Positions 1 to 14,274 of a DNA stretch of 64,000 nucleotides are shown here, piece after piece (the first letter of the stretch is position 1; each line of letters begins with the position of its first letter). The stretch comes from the human T2T-CHM13v2.0 reference genome, Homo sapiens, in assembly GCF_009914755.1 (NCBI RefSeq), contig NC_060929.1. One strand, given 5' to 3'. The translations under genes were made by a program, and so were the position numbers. The notes beneath the pieces were generated by a model. It saw nothing but the letters and a program-made list of their open reading frames with translations. It did not search any database and was not told the DNA's origin.

Positions 1-99
1 ATCCCTCACCAACTTCCAGAATTATGAGAAATAAATGTATGGTGGTTAAGCCACCCAGTCTATGGTCTTTTGTTATAGCAGCCCTAGCTGACTGAGACA
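1..99 (+). mobile_element. 3' end of an MLT1 (ERVL-MaLR) LTR
   Basis: AATAAA followed by 'ttaagccacccagtctatgg...ttgttatagcagccctagctgactgagaca', a typical MLT1 terminus ending in CA. Confidence 0.75.
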
Positions 100-1280
100 A
101 TATGCTTTTATCAAGTTGAGTAAGTTGTTTTCTGTCACTGATTGGCTGAGAGTTTTTTATCATGAATGGCTATTGAGTTTTGTCAAATGCCTTTTCTGAA
201 TTTTTTATCTTATTATGTTAATGTGGTTAATTACATTGATTTTTGATTGTTAAACCAGACTTGTATTCTTGGAACAAAGCCTTCTTGGTTGCAATGTACT
301 ATTCCTTTTAGATACTAGTTTAATATTTTTTCAAAGATCTTAGCTTTTATGTTGATGAGGGATGTTGTTTTGTAGCTTTCTTATGTCATATGGTACTTGA
401 TTTTGGTATCAGGGTGATGGTAGCTTCATAAAATGAATTTGGAAGTGTACTATCCAATTCTGTTTTGGGGAAACTGTTGTGAAAAAGTAATGTTACGTCT
501 TCCTCAAATGTTTGGTAGAGTTTGCCAGTATAGCCAACTGGGCTGGGGTTTTCTTTTCTGTTTTTGAAAGCTTTTAACTATGAATTCAGTATATTTAGTG
601 GATATAGGACTATTCAAGTTCTTCCTTCCTTTAAGTTACCAAATTTATGTGCATAAGATTATTATAATAGTAATATTTCTTTGGGATCAGTACTGATATA
701 TCTCCTAATTTTCCCTGAATTGGTGGTAATTTGTGTCTTCTCTCTCTTTCTCTCCTTTTCTTGTTCTGGCTAAAAGTTTATCAACTTTATTGATTTATTT
801 TCTCCTACTTGCCTTCTTTTTCTAATATTTTAAGATGGATGCTTTAATTATTAATTTGAGACTTTTCTTATTTTCTAATAGAAATGCTCTAAGCATTTCT
901 TTAACTGTGTCCCACAACTTTCAGATGTTATATTTTCATTTTTATTCAGTTCACTTGGGATTACCTTTTTGACCCATGGGTTATTAGTGTGGTGTTTAAA
1001 TATACAAGTATTTGAGACTTTTTTCTTACTGGCTTCTAATTTAATTCTCTTATGATCTAGAAACATACTTTAAAAAAAAAAAAAATTCTGGCCTCAAGTG
1101 ATCCTCCCACCTCAGCCTCCCAAAGTACTGGGATTGTAGGCATGAGCCATCACACCCAGCCCTTGGAAACATACTTTGAATAATTTTAATTTTTAAAATA
1201 TCTGATGAAGTGTGTTTTGTTACTTAGAATATGATTTTAGTGAATTTTCTGTGTGCACTTGTAAGGAATGTGTACTCACT
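100..1280 (-). mobile_element. Degraded old L1M ORF2 fragment
   Basis: T-rich sequence with L1 antisense motifs (tttggtatcagggtgatggtagcttcataaaatgaatttggaagt). Confidence 0.6.
1086..1161 (-). mobile_element. Alu 5' fragment (about 76 bp) inside a TSD-like direct repeat
   Basis: ctcaagtgatcctcccacctcagcctcccaaagt...cccagcc; flanked by gaaacatacttt at 1060-1071 and 1166-1177. Confidence 0.8.
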
Positions 1281-1498
1281 TGTCAACACTTAGTGCTGCT
1301 CTCTAGTCAAAGCCACTGTCGATCTTCGCATGACTCACATTAACATCTTCCCAGTTGGACCTATAAATTCTTTTTTTTTCTCGTTTTTCAACAGGCTTTT
1401 CTTCACTGAGCAGCCCTATAGATTCTTTTTTTTTTTTTTTTTTAAACAGACTTTCCTTCACTGGGCAACCAGAATATTTTTTAAAAAGTATTTAGTTT

Positions 1499-1731
1499 CT
1501 AGCCTGTGCAGTATAGCAGAAACCACATCTCTATAATAAATAAAAAATCAGCTGGGTGTAGCGGTGCTTGCCTTGTAGTCCCAACTACTTGGGAGGGTGA
1601 GGTGGGAGGATCTCTTGAATTCAGGAGGTTGAGGCTGCAGTGAGCTGTGGTGGTCGCACCATTGCACTTGAGCCTCAGCAACAGAGTGAGACCCTCATCT
1701 GTAAACAAACACTCCCCCCCCCAAAAAAAAA
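1499..1731 (+). mobile_element. 5'-truncated AluJ
   Basis: Right arm with gaggctgcagtgagctgtgg (J-type) and a degenerate A-tail. Confidence 0.8.
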
Positions 1732-1739
1732 CTTAATAA

Positions 1740-3570
1740 AATTATTTATTTTGGTATAATTTTAAACTTAAAGAATAGCTGTAAATTAAAAGGGGTGTAA
1801 AGCTTCTTTATACTTCTTTTTCAGATTTACCAATTGCTAACATTTTGTCTCATTGCTTTATTTTCACCTTACCCCTTCCTTCCTTTTCCCTCCTCCATTC
1901 CTCCCTCAACTAACACAAACTAACCCACCTTCCTATCCCACCTGTATATACACACTCATATATATATGCATATGCATATAAATTACATATATGTGTGTTT
2001 AGTTTTCAGCTTTTGAAAGTAAGTTGTAAACGTCATGCTCTTTTACTCCTAAATTCTTCAGTGAGGTGTTCCTAATAACAATGCATTTTCATACATAATC
2101 ATAATTTTCTTTTTTAAGAGACAGGGTCTTGCTTTGATGCCCAGGCTGGATTAGAATCCCTGGGCTCAAGCAATCCTTCTGCCTCAGCCTCCCTAGTAGC
2201 TGGGACTACCAGGTACAAGTTACCATGCCTGGTGGATAGCCATGAATTTAACATTGATAACGTATTATTATCTAAATCACATTTCACATTCATGTTTCAC
2301 TGATTATCTCAACAATCTGTATAATGATTTTTTCACCAGTTCCAGGCTCTGATCAAGATCACACATTGTATATAGTCATCATATCTGTTGTCTCCTTTAA
2401 TTGGGAATGGCTTCTCTGCATTATTTCGTCTTTATTTTTCCTTGACATTTTTTGAGGACTGCAGGTCAGTGATTTGATAAAATATAGAATTTGATTTTAC
2501 CTCATAGTTTGAATTAGGTTATGCATTTTTAGAAGGACTATGACAGAAATGATATGGTGTCCTCCTTTCTTCATCATACCAGAAAGTATGTGATGTCAGC
2601 TTCAGTTTGTCCTTGCATTGGTGATGTTAACCTAGATCACTTGTTTAAGGTGGTGTCTACCAGGTTTTTCCACTATAAAGTTACTGTCTTCTCATTGCAA
2701 TTACTAAGTAATTTGCAGGGAGATTTTGAGGCTTTGTAAATATTCATTTTCAAACTTTTCTCCACAATTTTAGCATCTATTGATGATTCTTTCCTGAATC
2801 AGTTATTACTGTGATGATTGCAAAATGATGATCTTTTAACTCCATCATTTATTTTATGTTTATCAGTAGCATTCTACTAAAAGGAAGAGCTTTGTTTGTT
2901 TGTATATTTATTATATTAGTATACACTCAATGGTCCTTGTTTTAGTGAATGGTTTATAATTCGTTACTATCATTATTTATTGTGATGCCCTAACTATTCC
3001 AGATTTAGCCAGCAGAAGGCTCTTCAACGTGTGCTTTATCCTTTTAACATGTCTCCATCATCTTTGTAGTACTTTCTTTTTTTTTTTAATACAACAAAAT
3101 GTTCCACGTTCATCTTGCTCGTTTCCTACCCCATCTCTGTAATCAATAATTTTTGCAAGAAGCCCTGGTTCCTTTTAAGGAGAGGTGATTGTTAGAGACC
3201 AGGATCTCTGTGTTAGTTTTGCTGGAATATATTACTTCTAGACATTCTTAACATACAGAATTAGAGAATAACTAACACATATATACATATACAACAATTT
3301 TATCTACCTATTAAAAATCATGAGTTCACATTGATACCCTTAATTTCTATTTAACATCAGAGAGTTCATTCTAGTCTTCCGCCTTTTCACTTTTGTAACT
3401 ATCTTCTCCAACAGGGCTAAACCTTACTCCAGTTGTCCCCAGCACATTTCCTCCTTGGCTTAGTTCTTCATTATATTGAAGGCAGTTTCAGAATTGCTAA
3501 TGCATACCACTGCAAAAAAGAAACAAATGTATTAATTAGAATTCAATATTTATTTACAGTTCTTTTGGTC
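1740..3570 (-). mobile_element. Old L1M (L1MC/ME-like) 3' region, fragmented
   Basis: tttattttggtataattttaaacttaaagaatagctg... and gttaacctagatcacttgtttaaggtggtgtctaccaggtttttccactataaagttact, typical of old L1 3'UTRs. Confidence 0.55.
2110..2232 (-). mobile_element. FLAM-like Alu monomer
   Basis: About 120 bp: gagacagggtcttgct...gctcaagcaatccttctgcctcagcctcc...ccatgcctgg. Confidence 0.75.
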
Positions 3571-3863
3571 TTAGACTGAGAATATGTACTAGGTTCCTGG
3601 GCTGTTTTAACTAATTACTACAAACTTGGTGGCTGAAAACAACAGAAATTTATTCTTTTACTATTACAGAGGCCAGAAGGCTGAAATCAAGGTGTTGGCA
3701 AGAATGTTGGCTCTAGGCAAGAATGCCCTTTCTTGCCTTTTTCAGCTTCTGGTGACTCGGGGTATTCCTTGGCTTGTGGCTATATAACTCCATTCTCTGC
3801 CTCTGTCTTTACATAGCCTTCTCTTTTTGTCTTTTTCTCTTCTCTTTTCTTCTTTAAAAAAAA

Positions 3864-4154
3864 TTTTTTTTTTCTTGAAACAGGGTCTCATAATGTTGCC
3901 CAGGCTGGAGTGTAGTGGTGTGATCTCAGTTCACTGCAGTCTCCATCTCCTGGGCTCAAGCCATCCTCCACCTCAGCCTCCCAAATAACTGGGACTACAG
4001 GCACCTGCCACCACACGTGGCTAATTTTTGTATTTTTTGTAGAGATGGGGTTTAGCCATCTTGCCTAGGCTGGTCTCTAACTGAGCTCAAGTGATCTGCC
4101 TGCCTTGGCCTCCCAAAGTGTTGAGATTACAGGTGTGAGCCACCACGCCCAGCC
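3864..4154 (-). mobile_element. AluJ
   Basis: Full dimer, poly-T start, J-type ctgggctcaag. Confidence 0.9.
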
Positions 4155-4217
4155 CTCTTCTATCTCTTATAAGGACATTTGCTATTGGATTTAGAGCCTG
4201 CACAGAATTGCATCTAG

Positions 4218-4544
<327 letters not shown>

Positions 4545-5156
4545 TAACCTTTCCCAAAATAAGGTCATGTTTACATGTTCTTGGGATTAGAATATGGACA
4601 TATCTTTTTGGGGGCCATCAACCCACTTACAGGGTAGATAGTTATCTGGGGTATTCCCTTCTGTTTATTCTTTCAGTATATGTGTTACTAATTTGAAATG
4701 TAAGGTTGATTTGTTCCTGTTTATATTCAATTTTTGGTTGTCCCATCCTTATTTTTTTGTGTGAATATGTAAAATGTTAACACTGTTCCAAAAGTCAAAA
4801 AATGAATAAAGAATCACAAACTATGATGGCTATTATTAAGGAAATGCACAGGTACTAAGGTAAAGAACAATGTGGTGGGCCATGTTTTCTTACATAGAGG
4901 ACCAGGGAATACTTATTTGAGCAAGTGGCATGTAAACTGAGAGTGAAATAATGAGAAGGAGCCAGTCATGAGAAAGTGGAAAAAAGAGCTTTCCAGCGTA
5001 GGGAAAGCATATAAGAAGGCCCTGATATGGAGCAGAGCTGAACATATTGGAGGAACTGAAAGGAAGGAAGTGGCTGGTATGTGCTGGGCATGAGGGAACA
5101 CAAAATAAGTGAAGATGGAAGGAACATGGAGCCAGAAAATAAAATTCGTTGTGGAC

Positions 5157-5591
5157 TGTGTATATTAGGGTTCCCTAGAGGGACAGAACTAATGGAATAT
5201 ACATACAGGGGAGTTGATCAAGTATTAACTCACATGATCACAAGGTCCCACAATAGGCTGTATGCAAGCTGAGGAGCAAGGAAGGTAGTCTGCACCAAAA
5301 CTGAAGAACTTGGAGTCCGATGTTTGAGGGCAGGAAACATCCAGCATGGGAGAAAGACGTAGGCTGGGAGGCTAGGCCAGTCTCTCATTTCACATTTTTC
5401 TGCCTGCTTATATTCTAGCCGAGCTGGCAGCTGATCAGATTGTGCCCACCCAGAGTAAGGGTGGGTCTGCCTTTCCCAGCCCACTGACTCAAATGTTAAT
5501 CTCCTTTGGCAACACACCCACAGACACACCCAGGATCAATACTTTGTATCCTTCAATCCAATCAAGTTGACACTCATTATTAACCATCACA
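5157..5591. mobile_element. MLT2A (ERVL) solo LTR
   Basis: agggttccctagagggacagaactaatggaata ... caatccaatcaagttgacactcattattaaccatcaca match the MLT2A termini. Confidence 0.85.
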
Positions 5592-5656
5592 CTGTATAAG
5601 AGGTTATAAAGCCAGTAAAAGGTTAAGTGGCATTTTAATTTAATTAAATTGATCAG

Positions 5657-5951
5657 TTTATTTATTTTGAGATGGTGTCTGACCCTGTCACCTAGGCTGG
5701 AGTATACTGGTACAGTTGTAGCTCACTGTAACCTCCAACTCCTGGGTTCAAGGGATCCTCCCACTTTAGTCTTCTAAGTAGCTGGAACTATAGATGTTTA
5801 TCCCATACTCAGCTAAGTTTTTATTTTTAGTTTTTGTAGAGACAGGATCTCACTCTGTTGCCCAGGCTGATCTCAAACTGCGGACCTTAAGTGATTGTTC
5901 TGCTTCAGCCTCCCAGAAGTGCTGGGATTATAGTTGTGAGCCACTGTGCCG
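5657..5951 (-). mobile_element. AluJ (diverged)
   Basis: Dimeric Alu structure on the - strand. Confidence 0.85.
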
Positions 5952-5970
5952 ACATTATGGCATATTTAGA

Positions 5971-5975
<5 letters not shown>

Positions 5976-6017
<42 letters not shown>
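5976..6017. repeat. (TA)n microsatellite grading into (TATG)n
   Basis: Direct read; sits at the tail of the adjacent L1 fragment. Confidence 0.95.
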
Positions 6018-6029
<12 letters not shown>

Positions 6030-6038
6030 GTTTATGTA

Positions 6039-6334
6039 TTTTTTTTTCCATTAACTTTTATTTTAAGTTCTAGGGTGCATGTGCAGGATATACAGGTTTG
6101 TTATATAGGTAAATGTGTGTCATGGTGATTTGCTGCACAGATCAACCCGTCACCTAGGTATTAACCCCAGCATCCATTAGCTATTCTTCCTGATGTTCTC
6201 CTTCCTTCCACCCTGCACCCCCGAGGGGCCCCAGTTCGTGCTGTTCCCCCGACAGTGTGTCCATGTGTTCTTATCGTTCAGCTCCCACTTATAAGTGAGA
6301 ACATGCAGTGTTTGGTTTTCTGTTCCTACGTTAG
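6039..6334 (-). mobile_element. 5'-truncated L1PA (older primate) 3' end
   Basis: acttttattttaagttctagggtgcatgtgcaggat...ataagtgagaacatgcagtgtttggttttctg; ttagaacta(c/t)at on both flanks as a probable TSD. Confidence 0.85.
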
Positions 6335-6398
6335 AACTATATTTTTAAGGGATTATACTGATTGCTATGTAGAGCACATGAGGTAAAATGAAAGCAGA

Positions 6399-6698
6399 GG
6401 TGGGCGCAGTGGCTCACTCCTGTAATCCCAGCACTTTGGGAGGCGAGGCGAGCGGATCACTTGATCCCAGGAGTTCAAAACCAGCCTGGGCAACATGGTG
6501 AGACCCCGTCTCTACGAAAAATACAAAAATTAGCCAGGCATGGTGGCTCATGCCTGTAATCCCAGTCACTTGGGAGGCTGAGGCAGGAGGATCACTTGAG
6601 CCTGGGAGGCCAAGGCTACAGTAAGCTGTGAACATGCCACTGTACCCCAGCCTAGGTGACTGAGTGAGACCCCTGTCTCAAGAAAAAAAAAAAAAAAA
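6399..6698 (+). mobile_element. AluJb/S
   Basis: Full dimer with A-tail; TSD aaagcagag. Confidence 0.92.
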
Positions 6699-8176
6699 GA
6701 AAAAGCAGAGAGACTAATAACAAACCTGTTACAGTACATATTAACTGATATAGAAGCATGAGAGAATGTTGTGAGAGAATAAGTGATAGTGATGAAAAAG
6801 AGAAAAGTGAATAGATTTTAGAAAGTGAATAGAAATAGAATGTATTTTGGATAGAATTGTCAAGAATAGCTGGTGGATTGAATCTGTGTAGATAGAAGGT
6901 TTTAGGACTATGGTTATGGGAATATTTAAGAACAACTCTCACGTTTTTAGCTTGAGCTACTAGGAAAGAAACTGATTGAAAATAAAGTGGGCAGAAAGAA
7001 TCAAGATTTTCCCTGTACCTGTTGTGTTCGAGATGCCTATGATATGCAGATAGAAATGTCAAGTAGATAGTTGGATGTGCAAGCCTTGAGTTCAGGGGTG
7101 GAAAATGAGATCTCAGACTTGCCGTCTAGTCCTTCCAGGTATTGGTTCAATTCATGCCTCCCACATGGCTAAGAGTCTCCACCTCCCCTCATTTGTATTC
7201 CGTAAACATGAACAGAATGTCAGGCCTTGGCCAGATACTATTTGAGGCATTGTAGACAACTTTGGCTGAAGATGATCTCCAGGCCTATGTATCTTTTCAG
7301 AGAGTTACTGTTATTTTTCTTGTAAGTCACTTAAATATGTACATTTTACTTCTTTAATCATAGTTTTATTTTGAACTGTGTCAGAGTAAGAGATACTGCA
7401 GTTATTATACTAAAAAAGACCAGGCTCTTTTCTATCCCACGTAAATCTGACTTGCTGTATGAGACCACTCTAGCTGACTTTACTGCCTAAGAGGGAATTA
7501 TGCATTTGTATATATGTGTGTGTTTATGTTTGCTATGTACTCTAGTTGATTTGGTGTATATGTCAGTTTACGTATATCAGCATCACATTGTTTTAATTAT
7601 AGTGTTTTTATATTCTCTATACTTAATGGAGCTAATTTTCCTCAATCATTTAAAATATATTCTTCCTTTTCTCACATACTTATTTTTACAGAGGCATTGT
7701 AGAATCAAGGTTGTTGACACATTTTTAGGAAATATGGATTTCCCTTCCAATCTCTTGCCTTCACCTTGCTTATTTGTAAATGCTTTCTATTCTTGATTCT
7801 CTTCCATTGAAGAAAGGAGTTATGATCTTTGAAGAAGGACCTGTCTTTCTTATTTTGGCTTTACCTTTCTTTTTTTCTTCTAAAGAAAGGATGTCATTTT
7901 CCTCTCCATTTCCCACCTTACTAAGCACCTGTTACATACAAGCACTGAGTTAATTCCTGAGGTGGGCACAGGGTGGTACACAAAGAGTTAAAGCGAAATA
8001 AATGAAACATGTTATGAGAGAAAATTGGGATAAAATAATATAGGTTTATAATTAAAATGGTGCCCTTTTGGGGGAACTAAACATTTTTACATTTAAAAAT
8101 GACATGTCAGTTTCTAGTCAGTTTATTTTTTACCTTTTTAAAACATCTTTTTTTCCCCTTTGTCTTTATTTTTAAG

Positions 8177-8253
8177 GGTCATACAGCAATGCTTCATACT
8201 GGCTCATGGCATCCCAAAATAAAGGGAGAATTTATGACTTGCTCAAATGATGC
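8177..8253 (+). CDS. WDR70: Internal coding exon (77 bp, phase 0 to phase 2) of WD repeat-containing protein 70
   Basis: Polypyrimidine tract plus TTTAAG| acceptor (AG at 8175-8176) and GC|GTGAGT donor (GT at 8254-8255). Translates GHTAMLHTGSWHPKIKGEFMTCSND(A), the start of a WD40 repeat (GH...W-H-P...T-C-S-N-D) that I recognise from WDR70. Too short for the ORF track. Confidence 0.93.
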
Positions 8254-8358
8254 GTGAGTATTGTTGATAATTCATCTAATACATTCATATCTTTAGGTAT
8301 TTTATTTAACGTTTGGATTGTTACAATCTTGGCAGTAATGTAGTAAGTGGAATATTAG

Positions 8359-8706
<348 letters not shown>

Positions 8707-9032
8707 TGATTTTATCTGATAGTGTAGTATTTGATTAAACAAAAATAGACACTATGAAAACGAGAGTGGTATAAATTCCTGTAGAGTTTATTAAGGTTGG
8801 ATCAGATTGATGCTATTAAGTGGACTCAAAGGACTTTGAAGTTGTGACTAATTATTACTTTGTATAATAAAGGCTTATTTCCATCTGAGTCTAATAGCTA
8901 ACATAAGCTTATTGGCTAAGATTGATTTTGAAAGGAATAACTGAGGAAATTGATTAAATTTGGTGTGTATGTCAGTTCATACATACCAGCATCACTTTGA
9001 AGCAAATTAATTAAATTTCCTTGGTTATTAAA

Positions 9033-9331
<299 letters not shown>

Positions 9332-9499
9332 TAAAATTTTTTTATTTTAATTTTTGTGAGTATACAGTAGGTATATATATTTATGGGGTATGTGAGATAT
9401 TTTGATACAGCCATGCAATGCATAATAATCACATCATGTAAAATGGGTATCCATCTCCTCCCTTCGTGTTACAAACAATCCAGTTAAACTCTTTTAGTT

Positions 9500-9987
<488 letters not shown>

Positions 9988-10350
9988 TAACCCATTAACC
10001 ATCCTTAACTCATTCCCATACTCCGCTACCCTCTTCAGCGTCTGGTAACCATCGTTCTTCTCTCTGTGTTCATGAGTTCCATTGTTTTGATTTTTGGATC
10101 TCACAAATAAGTGAGAACATGCAATGGTTGTCTGCGTGTCTGGCTTATTTCATTTAATGTAATGATCTCCAGCTCCATTAATGTTGTTATAAGTTACTGG
10201 ATCTCATTCTTTTTTCATGGCTGAATAGTACTCCATTGTATATATGTACCACATTTTCTTTATCCATTTATCTGTTGATGGATGCTTAGTTTGCTTCTGA
10301 ATTTTGGCTATTGCAAACAGTGCTGCAACCAACGTGGGAGCACAGATATC

Positions 10351-11408
10351 TTTTTTTTTTTTTTTTTTTAGTATTTATTGATCATTCTTGGGTGTTTCTC
10401 GGAGAGGGGGATGTGGCAGGGTCATAGGATAATAGTGGAGAGAAGGTCAGCAGATAAACACGTGAACAAAGTTCTCTGGTTTTCCTAGGCAGAGGTCCCT
10501 GCAGCCTTCCCACGGTGTTTGTGTCCCTGGGTACTTGAGATTAGGGAGTGGTGATGACTCTTAACGAGCATGCTGCCTTCAAGCATCTGTTTAACAAAGC
10601 ATATCTTGCACCACCCTTAATCCATTTAACCCTGAGTTGACACAGCACATGTTTCAGAGAGCACGGGGTTGGGGGTAAGGTTATAGATTAACAGCATCCC
10701 AAGGCAGAAGAATTTTTCTTAGTACAGAACAAAATGGAGTCTCCTATGTCTACTTCTTTCTACATAGACACAGTAACAATCTGATCTCTCTTTCTTTTCC
10801 CCACATTTCCCCCTTTTCTTTTCGACAAAACTGCCATCGTCATCATGGCCCATTCTCGATGATCGCTGTCTCTTCGGAGCTGTTGGGTACACCTCCCAGA
10901 TGGGGCACCGGGCAGAGGCGCTCCCCACTTCCCAGACGGGGTGGCTGGGCAGAGGCACTCCTCACATCCCAGAAGATGGGCGGCTGGGCAGAGGCGCTCC
11001 TCACTTCCCAGACGATGGGCGGGTGGGCAGAGACGCTCCTCACTTCCCAGATGGGGCAGCCGGGCGGAGGCGCTCCTCACTTCCCAGACGGGGCGGCCGG
11101 GCGGAGGCGCTCCCCACTTCCCAGATGATGGGCTGCCGGGCGGAGGCGCTCCTACATCCCAGACTGGGCGGCCGGGCGGAGGCGCTCCTCACCTCCCAGA
11201 CGGGGCGGCGGGGCGGAGGCGCTCCTCACCTCCCAGACGATGGGCGGTGGGGCAGAGGCGCTCCTCACCTCCCAGACGGCGTGGCCGGGCGGAGGCGCTC
11301 CTCACCTCCCAGACGGGGCGGCCGGGCGGAGGCGCTCCTCACTTCCCAGACGATGGGCGGCCGGGCAGAGGCGCTCCTCACCTCCCAGATGGGGCGGCTG
11401 GGCAGAGA
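10351..11408 (-). mobile_element. 5'-truncated SVA (SVA_A/B-like): poly-A, SINE-R and partial VNTR
   Basis: Poly-T, SINE-R (gatgtggcagggtcataggataatagtggagagaagg...) and GC-rich VNTR units (gcgctcctcacttcccagacg); TSD gagcacagatatc at 10338-10350 and 11409-11421; no Alu-like or hexamer domain. Confidence 0.93.
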
Positions 11409-12644
11409 GAGCACAGATATCTTTTCGATTTACTGATTTCCTTTGTTTTGGATATATACCCAGCAGTGAGTTCGCTAAATCATATGGTAGCTCTATTTTT
11501 AGGTTTTTGAGGACCCTCCAAACTGTTCTTCATAATGGTTTTACTAATTTACATTTTCACCAACAGCATATGAGGGTCCCTTTTTCTCCACATCCTTGCC
11601 AGTGATTAAATGGTTAAGATTCTTTTGCATTTGTATCTGCTCATCCATGACTCAAGAATATTATAGAATATTTGAGCAGCTTTTCCCTCTATTGTTATAT
11701 TATATGATTCATTTTAGTATTAAAAGTAGTTCACAGGAATGCACTTCGTATGATTACATAGAAAATTACAATAAAAAATCTTGAAAGTTAAAAAAATAGG
11801 TGGTATTATTTAGGTGAATCATTAGTTAAATAAGAACTTTTTTATTCTTAGGTTATTTTGTCTTTCATCTTTCAACTTTCTGATACTTAAATTTGCCTTG
11901 TTAACATTCACAGTTGCTGTTCATATTCTTAGATACTTTATGTTTTCTGAAATATATCTTTAGAAGACAAATGACATAATTTCACTTTCATAGAGGAATT
12001 TAAAAAATTAATTTGATCTAAAAGAAACTGAAGTTTGTCAATCTATACAAGTAAGAATGTGACTAAAATAAAATAAATATATTTTAGTAAAATTTCTGGT
12101 AAATCAGATTATGTAGTGTTAATTTCTTTTCCTATCTTAGTCTTTGCAGCTGCATAATTACTTTTCCAAATAGTTAAGGTATGTTTGTTTAAAGTTATGT
12201 TTCTTATTTCAGCATTAGGGAATGAACTTTATCAGCAATCTAAATTAATAATATAGCATGACTAGGTAAGGTTTATTCTAGGATGTAAGGATATTTTACC
12301 ACCAGGATATTTCAGTATACTTCATTGCTGAATGAATGAAAGGTTAAAATCATGTGATTTTATTATATGATAAAGTGGACATTTGATAGAATTTAGTCTT
12401 TCCCAGTAAAAGTTCTAAGTAAAATACAGATAGGAAGAAATTGCCTAAATCTGATAAAAATTAGTTACTAAAATTTAAAGTAAATATTGCATTAAATATT
12501 GGAGTACTGAAGCTACTTGCGTTTAAATAGGAAACAAGACAGTCCCATAACTACTTTGAGACTTATGCAGGAGAGACTTTGTGCAGTGTCTTAAGAAAAT
12601 GAATAATTGATACTAATGTTAGAAGAAAACAAATACACTATTGG

Positions 12645-12752
12645 ACCACAGAGGACTTGGGCTATTCTGGTTAAAACTTAACCACAGAGGACCTGGGCTA
12701 TTCTGGTTAAAACTTAACCACAGAGGACCTGGGCTATTCTGGTTAAAACTTA
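12645..12752. repeat. Minisatellite, 3 x 36 bp (ACCACAGAGGACCTGGGCTATTCTGGTTAAAACTTA)
   Basis: Three contiguous units; one mismatch in unit 1. Confidence 0.97.
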
Positions 12753-13373
12753 AGTTGAATAGAGCAGTTGGGAAAAAAACTTTGTTCTCAAAACTGTTGG
12801 ATCAGTGTGAATGGTGGGCTCTCATAGTTGATAATGTTTTAACTTTTATGAGCACTACAGCAGCCTTTCCCAAATAGATTTCCAGGCTGTGTAAATTAGA
12901 AGTTTGACAAAAGGCATTCTGTGGTCAAATAAATTTGAGAAGCTTTGAATGTTATATTCCAAGACCAGTGATACACAATAAACATTTAAAAGTTTTTAAA
13001 AATAATTTTTAACAACTTTTTTATTTCAGTAGGTTTTTGGGGGACAAGTGGTATTTGATTACATGAATAAGTTCTGCAGTGATGATTTCTAAGATTTTGG
13101 TGCACCCATTATCTGACCAGATTACACTGTACCCAATGGGTAGTCTTTTATCTCTCACCACTCGCCACCGTTTCCCCCAAGTCCCCAAAGTCCAATGTAT
13201 CATTCTTATGCCTTTGTGTTCTCATTGCTTAGCTCCCACATGTGAGTGAGAAGATGCGATGTTTGGTTTTCCTTTCCTGAGTTACTTCACTTAGAATAAT
13301 AGTCTTCAATTCCATCCAGGCTGCTATGAATGCAATTATTTTGTTCCTTTTTGTGGCTGAGTAGTAGTCCAAG

Positions 13374-13376
<3 letters not shown>

Positions 13377-13414
<38 letters not shown>
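13377..13414. repeat. (AC)n microsatellite, about 19 units, in the L1PB 3' region
   Basis: Direct read. Confidence 0.95.
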
Positions 13415-13416
<2 letters not shown>

Positions 13417-13863
13417 ACATGTTCTTTATCAACTTGTTGATTGATGGGCATTTGGGCTGGTTCCATGTTTTTGCAATTGCAAATTGTGACCCTATAAACA
13501 TGTGTGTTCAAGTATCTTTTTTGCATAATGACTTCTTTTCCTCTGGATAGACACCTGTAGATCCAGTGGGATTGCTGGATCAAATGGTACATCTACTTTT
13601 AGTTCTTTAAGTAATCTTCATACTTTGGTTGTGGTAGTTTACATTCCCGCAAACAGTGTGAAGATTGTAAGTGTTGCATTTTCACTGCATCCCCACCAAC
13701 ATCTATTATTTTTTGATTTTTTTATTATGGCCATTATTACAGGAGTGAAGGTGGTATCGCATTGTGGTTTTTATTTGCATTTCCCTGATCATTAGTGATG
13801 GTGAGCATTTTTCCATATGCTTTTTGGCCATTTATATATCTTCTTTTAAGAATTGTCTATTTT

Positions 13864-14274
<411 letters not shown>

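Noticed and set aside
10719-11605. Cluster of long overlapping GC-rich ORFs
   Set aside because: SVA VNTR lacks stop codons; typical artefact.
12641-12877. 36-bp repeats as a CRISPR array or repeat protein
   Set aside because: Units are contiguous without spacers; the ORF is a by-product of the 36-bp period.
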